A DNA stretch of 64,000 bases from Patescibacteria group bacterium (GTDB lineage: Bacteria > Patescibacteriota > Minisyncoccia > Phycocordibacterales > UBA9973), in the NCBI GenBank assembly GCA_038063635.1, contig JBBTUS010000006.1, positions 13,500-77,499 on the forward strand, written 5' to 3'. The first letter of the stretch is position 1, and the number at the start of each line of letters is the position of its first letter. This document shows, in pieces, positions 56,815 to 64,000 of this stretch. The translations under genes were made by a program, and so were the position numbers. The notes beneath the pieces were generated by a model. It was not told the origin of the DNA. It worked only from the letters and a program-made list of their open reading frames with translations, and ran no database searches.

Positions 56815-58479
56815 TCACAAAAGTACGGCTTTGATACGCCTGACACCTGCTGATATAGCTTCCTCTTTTTGAATTTTAAAATGCTTGGGTGCCTCTTTAT
56901 CGGTGCCAGCCAATTCGGAAATATTTTTCACATGTGGTCCCCCGCAAAATTCCCTGCTAAAGTATCCTGTATTTTTATCTCCTATAGAATAAACCTTTAC
57001 AATATCACCATACTTTTCATTGAAAGAATGCGTCGCAATTTTTTCTGCTTCTTCTTTTGGCATTTCTACAAAACCAACGGGCAATTTTTCGTTAATTTTA
57101 TCATTTACAATTTTCTCAACCATCTTTTTTTCTTCTTCAGTCATTTTTTGCGTATGAGTAAAATCAAAACGCAAGCGTTCAGCTGTAATATTGCTTCCCT
57201 TTTGCATAATATGATTGCCAAGAACTTGCCGAAGAGCGGCATTTAATAAATGCGTTGCCGTATGTAACTTTTTAGTTTCTTCACTACTATCTGATAAACC
57301 TCCTTTGAACATGCCGGCGGAAGATGTCTGTGATAGTTTTTGGTGTTCTGCCATTTTCTTTTTAAAATCTTCTAAATCTATTTCTATACCTTTTTGCTCC
57401 GCTAATTCAAGAGTTAATTCAATCGGGAAACCATAAGTCGTAAATAAAACAAATGGATCTGCGTTTTTTTCAAATTCTTTTAAACCATGTTCAAGTGTCT
57501 GACGAAATTTATTTTCTTCTTTTTGAATTTCTCCCTTGTCTTGAAGATTGTATATTTCTTGATATATTTTCTTATTTCTTTCAATTATTTCTTCTAATGA
57601 TTTTTTGGAAAATCTGACTGCTCGACGAATTAATCGTCTGGGAATATATCCTGCTCCAGTGTTTGAAGGAACTACGCCATCTGAAATAATAAAAAGAGAT
57701 GCTCTTGTATGGTCAGTTACAATTCTTTCTTCTCTTGTTTTTTCATTATTAAATAAATCCGTCTCATAAACACTTTCTTTTTCTTGCACTATAGAAACTA
57801 ATCTTTCTAATCCCATTCCAGTATCAATACCCAGTGTGTCTAATTTTTTAAGAGTTGCTTCGCCTTTATCCAATTTTTCACGAGAACCATCGCAAAAATA
57901 TTCGTTAAAAACAATATTCCAAATTTCCACATCTTCATTATTTACATTCTTGCAATAAATTTCTGTCGTTGGACCGCATGGGCCAGAATCTCCAGTCGGA
58001 CCCCAAAAAACATCTTCTCCTTCTTCTTTTATTTTTTCAATTCCGAGTTCTTTCCAAATTTTTTCTGATTCTTCGTCTTTTGGAACATTTTTACTTCTCT
58101 TGTAAATTGTAACATAAGAAATTTTCAATCCCATTTCTTTTGTAATAAATTCATAAGCATATTCTATCGCTTTTTTTCTTCCATATCCGCCAAAAGAAAA
58201 ATTACCTAACATTTCAAAGAATGTCAGGTGGGTAGAATCTCCAACTTCGTCTATGTCTCCGGTACGCACGCATTTTTGAACAGTAACTACATTCAAACCG
58301 CCAAAATCTTTTTCCGCTTCTTTGGGATTGGTATAATATTTTTTAAATTGTTGCATTCCAGCAGTTGTAAAAAGCACCGATTTATCATTTTCTGGAACAA
58401 GAGAAGAAGAAGGGATTATTTTATGCCCTCTTTCTTCAAAGAATTTTAAAAATCTTAATCTTACTTCGCTTGCTTGCAT
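56815..58479 (-). CDS. alaS: alanyl-tRNA synthetase (compact 554-aa form: catalytic domain plus editing domain, no C-Ala domain)
   Basis: The N-terminus is FLKFFEERGHKIIPSSSLVPENDKSVLFTTAGMQQFK...HLTFFEMLGNFSFGGY. The editing-domain motifs are HTATHLLNAALRQ and CGGPH. Confidence 0.85.
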   Translation of the reverse strand: MQASEVRLRFLKFFEERGHKIIPSSSLVPENDKSVLFTTAGMQQFKKYYTNPKEAEKDFGGLNVVTVQKCVRTGDIDEVGDSTHLTFFEMLGNFSFGGYGRKKAIEYAYEFITKEMGLKISYVTIYKRSKNVPKDEESEKIWKELGIEKIKEEGEDVFWGPTGDSGPCGPTTEIYCKNVNNEDVEIWNIVFNEYFCDGSREKLDKGEATLKKLDTLGIDTGMGLERLVSIVQEKESVYETDLFNNEKTREERIVTDHTRASLFIISDGVVPSNTGAGYIPRRLIRRAVRFSKKSLEEIIERNKKIYQEIYNLQDKGEIQKEENKFRQTLEHGLKEFEKNADPFVLFTTYGFPIELTLELAEQKGIEIDLEDFKKKMAEHQKLSQTSSAGMFKGGLSDSSEETKKLHTATHLLNAALRQVLGNHIMQKGSNITAERLRFDFTHTQKMTEEEKKMVEKIVNDKINEKLPVGFVEMPKEEAEKIATHSFNEKYGDIVKVYSIGDKNTGYFSREFCGGPHVKNISELAGTDKEAPKHFKIQKEEAISAGVRRIKAVLL

Positions 58480-58480
58480 A

Positions 58481-58963
58481 TCATATTTCTATTTTATCGG
58501 AATCATTAAGTTTATCGTTAGATATTTTCAGTAACGGTCTTTCAATTAAATTCATCACAACAAGGATTATCAAAACAAGAACAGTTGAAATAATAGCAAG
58601 ACTAAAAAGTCCGAATCCTGCCGCCATACCAATACCTGCCGTAACCCAAAGCCCGCCGGCTGTCGTAAGTCCTTTTAAGCGAGTACCTGAAAAAATTATA
58701 GAACCTGCTCCTAAAAATCCAATACCAACAATTATATTTGATGCCATTATTCCGGGATTATAACCGGCTTTTTCCGCGTATAGCACCGACAAATATTCAG
58801 AAATAATAATAAAAAGAGCTGAACCTAAAGAAACGAGAGAGTGAGTTTTCAAACCAGCCTCTTTGTGCACTAAAAAACGCTCAGCCCCAATAATCATACC
58901 CAAACCTATTGCTACCGCTAATCTTAAAATAATTTGACTATTTTGCGTAAAAAATTGTTCCAT
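58481..58963 (-). CDS. MgtC/SapB family membrane protein
   Basis: ILRLAVAIGLGMIIGAERFLVHKEAGLKTHSLVSLGSALF matches the MgtC N-terminal domain. Confidence 0.7.
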   Translation of the reverse strand: MEQFFTQNSQIILRLAVAIGLGMIIGAERFLVHKEAGLKTHSLVSLGSALFIIISEYLSVLYAEKAGYNPGIMASNIIVGIGFLGAGSIIFSGTRLKGLTTAGGLWVTAGIGMAAGFGLFSLAIISTVLVLIILVVMNLIERPLLKISNDKLNDSDKIEI

Positions 58964-59014
58964 ATCTGTATATTATATCAAAAAATGAGGAGTACAAGCA
59001 AATTTAGATATTAG

Positions 59015-60319
59015 TTATTTTATAACTCCCCCTCCTAAAACAACATTTTTATCATATATAACGCAAGACTGTCCTTTATCAACTAAAACAGGCTTATTAA
59101 AGCTGACTTTCGCGCTTTTTTTATTTATTATCTTAATTTTACATGGCAAAAATTCACCATGATAACGAATTTGCGCTTGGTAATTCTTGCCGTTTTTTGG
59201 AATTTCAGACCTGTTCCTGAATTGGCGGGCAGGAATCCAATTTGTATTCTTTATTTCTAAATGGAAACCTGAAAAATTTAAAGCGTCGCGGGTTCCCTGT
59301 TCTATGTCTCCGAGGACGAAGACGCTGGAATTTTTTAGATTTTCATTTTTAAAATTTTTATCTTGAGAAACTATTAAAATATTTTTCTTAATATTTTTAT
59401 CTATTATGTAATATGGGCCGTCATTCGGACTTTTTTGGGTAATCGTAAAACCATGCCGTTCTCCCAAGGTATAAAAAACCACTCCATTGTGATAACCTAT
59501 TTCTTCCCTTTTTTCATTAAGCGTTTTCCCTTTTTTTTCTTTTATATAATGTCTTAAAAATTCCTTTAAATCTACCGCGCCTAAAAAACATATTCCTTGA
59601 CTGTCTTTTTTTTCTGCAACCGGCAAATTGAATTTTTTTGCCAGTTTGCGAACTTCTGTTTTTTTGAGATGGCCTATTGGAAACAAAATTTTCTTCAATT
59701 GTTCTTGCTTTAATGTCCAAAGAAAATAACTTTGATCTTTGGATGGATCTAGTCCAACTTTTAGCTCATAGCTTTTAGCTTTTAGCTTGTGATTTCCTCT
59801 ATCAGCTATCAGCCATAAGCTATCAGCTATTCTGGCATAGTGTCCCGTTGCCACAAAATCAGCTCCCATTGAAATCGCTTCTTTAAAAAATGCGCCAAAT
59901 TTTACTTCCTTATTGCACATCACATCAGGGTTTGGCGTCCTGCCGGCTCTATATTCAGAAATCATATAATCTGCAACCTCTTTTTTATACACATCTTCAA
60001 AATCAAAAGTTAAAAATGGAATATCTAAAAAGGCGGCAACACGCATTGCGTCATGACGCTCTTCTTCTTCATTGCACTCTAAAAAATCCGGATGCCAAGT
60101 TTTAATAAAAACTCCAACAACTTCATATCCACTAAACCCCTTCGGGGTCGGGCGACCAAAAAATTTTAAAAAATTTTTTGGTGTAGCCTGTTTTAAAAGT
60201 GCTGCCGAAACAGCGCTATCTACTCCTCCCGAAAGTCCTACAAAAACTGTTTTTTTATTACTTTTCATAGAATTAAAATGTCTTTTAAAAAGCATTGCGC
60301 AGGCTGACGAGCCGAGCAT
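59015..60319 (-). CDS. mnmA: tRNA-specific 2-thiouridylase MnmA (carries an in-frame repeat insertion in the C-terminal region)
   Basis: The PP-loop is VFVGLSGGVDSAV, plus DPSKDQSYFL and catalytic cysteines. The family-1 element is translated as SVFVLGDIEQGTRDA. Confidence 0.85.
   Translation of the reverse strand: MLGSSACAMLFKRHFNSMKSNKKTVFVGLSGGVDSAVSAALLKQATPKNFLKFFGRPTPKGFSGYEVVGVFIKTWHPDFLECNEEEERHDAMRVAAFLDIPFLTFDFEDVYKKEVADYMISEYRAGRTPNPDVMCNKEVKFGAFFKEAISMGADFVATGHYARIADSLWLIADRGNHKLKAKSYELKVGLDPSKDQSYFLWTLKQEQLKKILFPIGHLKKTEVRKLAKKFNLPVAEKKDSQGICFLGAVDLKEFLRHYIKEKKGKTLNEKREEIGYHNGVVFYTLGERHGFTITQKSPNDGPYYIIDKNIKKNILIVSQDKNFKNENLKNSSVFVLGDIEQGTRDALNFSGFHLEIKNTNWIPARQFRNRSEIPKNGKNYQAQIRYHGEFLPCKIKIINKKSAKVSFNKPVLVDKGQSCVIYDKNVVLGGGVIK
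59283..59325. repeat. GC-rich hairpin element, family 1 (copy C), in-frame inside mnmA
   Basis: gcgtcgcgggttccctgttctatgtctccgaggacgaagacgc. The arms are gcgtc/gacgc, and the flanks aatttaaa..aat are shared with copy B. Confidence 0.75.
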
Positions 60320-60370
60320 AGCAATCCGCCAGCAGGCGGATATGCGCGGTTTTTAAAAGATATTTTGATT

Positions 60371-60898
60371 CTATAAGGACATCAGCTTTTTGTAAAGCTC
60401 AAAAGTTGCGTAAGCGTCCGAAAGAGCGCTGTGGGGATGTTCGTTTTTTATATCAAAATGCTTGCATAATTCACGCAGAGAAAAACGGTCAATATCCGGA
60501 TTGTCATGAAATTTAGCCCAAGCTATGGAAATCGTATCCAGCTTGTGATAATGCATATTATTTTTAAATTCAGCTTTGGCAAAAGCATATTCCAAAAATC
60601 CTGAATCAAAAGACACATTTTGCCCAATCATTATACAATCTTTGACTTTTTTAGAAAAAATTTTCATTGCATTTCTGAGCGTATAAGCAAGCACCCAGTT
60701 TACTGAATCATAATGATTAATTTTAAGAGCCACCGGGTCAGCATTTTCTATATGTTCTGGTTTTATTTTTAATTCAAATTTTTCAATTATTTCAAGTTTT
60801 GGTGTGGTTATTACACAACCAATTTCAATAATCTCATGTTTTGTGATATCAAGTCCGGTAGTTTCTATATCTATAAAAGCTAAATTATGTTTTCTCAT
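60371..60898 (-). CDS. DEDDh 3'-5' exonuclease (DnaQ/epsilon-like)
   Basis: Exo I is FIDIETTGLD, and exo II/III regions with H..SD...A are near the C-terminus. Confidence 0.75.
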   Translation of the reverse strand: MRKHNLAFIDIETTGLDITKHEIIEIGCVITTPKLEIIEKFELKIKPEHIENADPVALKINHYDSVNWVLAYTLRNAMKIFSKKVKDCIMIGQNVSFDSGFLEYAFAKAEFKNNMHYHKLDTISIAWAKFHDNPDIDRFSLRELCKHFDIKNEHPHSALSDAYATFELYKKLMSL

Positions 60899-60937
60899 GA
60901 TTAATTTTTAAGGAGTGAAACAACTATAAAAATCGTC

Positions 60938-61042
60938 ACCCCGCACATAACTCTACATTGTTCATAATTATTATAATAATTTCTTTTATTGATTTTAATA
61001 AACATATATTTTAAAAATTAAATATAAAGTTATGTGCGGGGT
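60938..61042. repeat. 15-bp perfect inverted repeat (accccgcacataact / agttatgtgcggggt) enclosing 75 nt of AT-rich sequence
   Basis: Seen directly. It is intergenic between the mltG stop and the exonuclease start. The loop contains TATAAT-like boxes. Confidence 0.6.
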
Positions 61043-61065
61043 AAGGAAAATCATATTCGCTATGC

Positions 61066-62019
61066 TCATTGATTTTCACTTAAATACTTTCTTATGTTCG
61101 TCTGATGCTCTGCAAAAGTCCTGGCATAATGAATTAATCCATTTTTATCATGCAAGTAATAAAGGTATTGGGAACTGATTGGATTTATTGATGCTTTTAT
61201 AGCTTCAATTCCAGGATTAGAAATTGGATTTTGAGGCAAGCCTCTTGTCTTGTAAGTTTCTGGCGCTGCATCCACCTGCAACGGCATTTTTTTAGAAATT
61301 CTATTCCATAAAATTCCTGAGATAATTCCCCTATCGTTGTCTCCCTTGGCTTCTCTTTCTATAATAGACGCCATTATTATAATCTCATTCTGATTTTTAC
61401 CCGATGATACAATATCACGCTCAAATGGTTTTATTTTTTTATTAAAATTATCGCTCATATATTTTATTACATCTTCATCATTATCGGTAGTAAGGAAAAA
61501 ATATGTATCCGGGAAAAGATACCCTTCCTTGTTTTTTACGAGCAATAAAAAATTATCTTTATTAAAGTTTTTTAATTTAAGAGAAAATGCTTCCGCTATT
61601 TGCAGTCTGTCAAAACCTTCCGGAATTGTAACTTTAACCGGCGCCAAGTGGCGATCTCTTTTTACCATTCTTCTGGCAACTTCAAAAACTGGTAATTTAT
61701 TTTCAAATAAATAATCACCTTCCCCTATATGATTTTCACCGCCATAAATTATGACAAAAGTTTCAAATAAGACTTTTGAACGAATAATGTGTTTTTCTTT
61801 TAAATCTTCTGAAATGCTTTTTAAGGTCGCTCCTTTTTCAATGTTAACAATAATTTGATTTGGGAAGGCATCCGGCGCGCTAAAAAATAAAAAATAAATA
61901 AACACAAAAAATAAAACAATACTAGCAACAATAATAATTGCTCCTTTAAAAAATAAATTATATTTAGAAGAATTATCCGTAAATTCAACTCTGTTTTTTG
62001 GTGAAGATAAATTTTCCAT
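61066..62019 (-). CDS. mltG: endolytic murein transglycosylase MltG (YceG-like)
   Basis: It has an N-terminal TM. TIPEGFDRLQIAE and the C-terminal RGLPQNPISNPG are YceG-family motifs. Confidence 0.8.
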   Translation of the reverse strand: MENLSSPKNRVEFTDNSSKYNLFFKGAIIIVASIVLFFVFIYFLFFSAPDAFPNQIIVNIEKGATLKSISEDLKEKHIIRSKVLFETFVIIYGGENHIGEGDYLFENKLPVFEVARRMVKRDRHLAPVKVTIPEGFDRLQIAEAFSLKLKNFNKDNFLLLVKNKEGYLFPDTYFFLTTDNDEDVIKYMSDNFNKKIKPFERDIVSSGKNQNEIIIMASIIEREAKGDNDRGIISGILWNRISKKMPLQVDAAPETYKTRGLPQNPISNPGIEAIKASINPISSQYLYYLHDKNGLIHYARTFAEHQTNIRKYLSENQ

Positions 62020-62024
62020 ATATA

Positions 62025-63335
62025 TTAAGTAGGTAAGTCAGTCGGAGGAGCCGCTTCTTTTGATTCAATGCGTTCAAGAGTTGGAACTTTAAGTATCTGA
62101 CCCGGGAAGTGCCATAAGGTGGCTAATTCCTCTACATTTAAGACAAAAGTTTCAGAATGAACAAATGGATGAAGAAGAATGGAAAAAGGCCAAAAGATAG
62201 TATGCACACTAAAAAGACGATGCCGCAATGGTTCATGAAAAAAAGAACGTTCTCTGTATTCATGAAGCATTCTATTCGCCAAAATCATAACTGTTTTAGG
62301 CGTAGCCGAAAAATATCCGCTATAAGCGTCCGCCTGAGTTGAATTAAAACGCATAAGCTGATTGGAGAAAGGATTGGCATACTGGCGAAAAATCAAACGA
62401 AGATTGCGTCGGCTGTTCATTTGAAAAGCTTCTTTTTTAGCAACATAATAAATTCTAATTCCAGTATCAAAGCCAAGCTTAGAAAGTTTTCTACCAGATC
62501 CTTTAATCATTTCATCCATAAATCCTGGAGCACGAATTTCTTGAGAAAAGCTTCCACCCATCTTATCTCCTGTTGCTCTTGCACGTGAACCAGTATATGG
62601 CACTAATTTTTTCTTTAACTGTATTTGTCCCTCTTCCACCCAATTATGTTTGCCAAAATATGTGCTTTTAGTATGATATGTCTTTTTTGAAGGCGTAATT
62701 ACAATTTGCATCCACATCTGCTCTCCTTTTTGGATAGAACCAAAAAGTTCTATAACCGAAGAAATTGGGTCAACTTTAAATTCTTCTTTGGGGTCTTTAT
62801 CTAAACCAAAATCAACATAAGTTTTTAAAGAAAATACTTCAGGTTTTTCCAATTTAAATTCACATCCCCAGCCATTCCAGGCGCTGTCTGGAGAAATTTT
62901 ATCAATCGCCAAAGTGTAATCTTCCGCTACTTTTACTTGAGCTTGAGGATACTGCGCATACATTTGCGTTTCAATCAATTCTTTCAAACGAGAAGGTGCG
63001 CGCAGAAAAAAATGCACTTGTCCGTCTATTGAGGCAATTTCCAAAGAAAACCAAAACCAAACCGCTCCCTGCCAATATTCTTCACGTCCGCCTTTCATAC
63101 TCCACTGATAAAGAGCATTGGTTAAAAATAATTCCATTGCTTTTGGAGACCTTAAAACATCTCGCGGTGGAATAATTTCAAGTAAAACCCACTCTATGCC
63201 GGAAATAAAATCCTGCTGGATATAGTGAATCCAAAGTTTCCAACCAATATACACAAGAAACACCGTCGCGAGATAAGGCAAAAGAAATAGAATTACTTCC
63301 CAAAAATAGACAAGTATTATATTAACATTAATCAT
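62025..63335 (-). CDS. hypothetical membrane-anchored protein (436 aa)
   Basis: An N-terminal hydrophobic region is followed by a Trp/Phe-rich domain. No family was recognised. Confidence 0.4.
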   Translation of the reverse strand: MINVNIILVYFWEVILFLLPYLATVFLVYIGWKLWIHYIQQDFISGIEWVLLEIIPPRDVLRSPKAMELFLTNALYQWSMKGGREEYWQGAVWFWFSLEIASIDGQVHFFLRAPSRLKELIETQMYAQYPQAQVKVAEDYTLAIDKISPDSAWNGWGCEFKLEKPEVFSLKTYVDFGLDKDPKEEFKVDPISSVIELFGSIQKGEQMWMQIVITPSKKTYHTKSTYFGKHNWVEEGQIQLKKKLVPYTGSRARATGDKMGGSFSQEIRAPGFMDEMIKGSGRKLSKLGFDTGIRIYYVAKKEAFQMNSRRNLRLIFRQYANPFSNQLMRFNSTQADAYSGYFSATPKTVMILANRMLHEYRERSFFHEPLRHRLFSVHTIFWPFSILLHPFVHSETFVLNVEELATLWHFPGQILKVPTLERIESKEAAPPTDLPT

Positions 63336-63388
63336 TATCTATATTTTAATATAAAAACCTTAAAATAAGAAGCAATTTTGTGGAAAGA

Positions 63389-63994
63389 TTAAACTAGAGT
63401 GTAAAGCCCGTCTTTATTTTTTTTGAAATATTTTGAATTAGCTAGATTCACTAAAATAGTATTTTTTTTAAAATATCTCTCTTTCATTACTTTTTCCGCC
63501 ACTTGTTCTTTGGTAAGCGGTCCTTCTCTTTTTAAAATATCCCGAATTACCTCTCGCGCAATGCCCGCTTTATACCCCCATTCAGAGAGAGCATACATTC
63601 CGCGTCCGACTAAAACAAAACGAGGGTCTTTAATAAGTTCATTATGGCAAGTTGCATAATGTATTTTCTTGCCAAAAATTTTCGTTATTGCATCAGCCAC
63701 TTCTCTAAAATGCATCGGGGAACCATGGCGTCTCATAACCAAAAATGCATAATCTTTAACTCCGCGTGTTCTAATATTGGGTGAAGTTGATTTTCCCCAC
63801 TCTCCAAGAGGATTCTTAGAAATTGTCTTGGACATAGCTAGCCATCTTTTTGCAATTTCTTCATTCTTATATTGCTCGGAAACATCTTTCATTTCATTAA
63901 AAAACTTTTTTATCATTTCTGCTTCTAAAATAATATCTTCATCATTTAAGCTTGAATAAAGTTTTTTTAGAGAGTCATGAACACGAGATGCCAT
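63389..63994 (-). CDS. hypothetical protein; the ORF is open toward the window edge, so the true start may lie beyond 64000
   Basis: No stop is seen upstream within the window. No family was recognised. Confidence 0.35.
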   Translation of the reverse strand: MASRVHDSLKKLYSSLNDEDIILEAEMIKKFFNEMKDVSEQYKNEEIAKRWLAMSKTISKNPLGEWGKSTSPNIRTRGVKDYAFLVMRRHGSPMHFREVADAITKIFGKKIHYATCHNELIKDPRFVLVGRGMYALSEWGYKAGIAREVIRDILKREGPLTKEQVAEKVMKERYFKKNTILVNLANSKYFKKNKDGLYTLV

Positions 63995-64000
63995 TTCATC

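Noticed and set aside
1-64000. A CRISPR array or rRNA genes.
   Set aside because: No regularly spaced direct repeats with unique spacers are present. The repeats that exist are palindromic singletons or pairs at scattered loci. No region shows rRNA-like conserved blocks, and every long segment is accounted for by protein-coding genes.

Overview
This 64-kb window is AT-rich (about 30% GC) and comes from a reduced bacterial genome that looks Patescibacteria/CPR-like, though that assignment is inference from gene content only. Several housekeeping proteins are short (AspRS lacks the GAD domain, AlaRS is 554 aa, MetK 314 aa, DnaX 349 aa), many proteins are small, and rplU and rpmA are unlinked. 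Core content includes dusB (truncated at the window start) and dnaX, followed by a tRNA-Gln(UUG). A cell-envelope block carries a PBP2 transpeptidase, CtpA, an M23 peptidase, and the murG-ftsW-mraY-dacA cluster. scpA/scpB and pepA are present, as are the aminoacyl-tRNA synthetases gltX, aspS, trpS, cysS and alaS, then dnaB-recR. metK is preceded by an apparent SAM-I riboswitch. The window ends with the infA-rpmJ-rpsM-rpsK-rpsD-rpoA-rplQ block, rplM-rpsI, mnmA, mltG and a DnaQ-like exonuclease. The accessory region next to the tRNA-Gln (about 1.7-6.9 kb) holds a GC-rich, probably horizontally acquired secreted HExxHxxGxxD metalloprotease, and a split Fic (AMPylase or toxin-antitoxin-like) cassette between duplicated 5' segments of a doxX-like gene. 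An EEP-family nuclease/phosphatase and an alpha/beta serine hydrolase follow in the same region. The most unusual locus is 36998..49160, all on the minus strand. There the grpE-dnaK-dnaJ chaperone genes are interleaved with three paralogous cysteine-rich proteins of about 580 aa that I cannot assign to a family. Two soluble TraD/TrwB/VirD4-like P-loop ATPases sit in the same locus. Two families of GC-rich palindromic repeat elements (about 43 nt and about 85 nt) are scattered through the window, and copies sit in-frame inside mnmA, rpsI and one ATPase, as Rickettsia palindromic elements do. A REP-associated/IS200-like HUH Y1 transposase is flanked by perfect palindromes. No rRNA genes or CRISPR array were seen.
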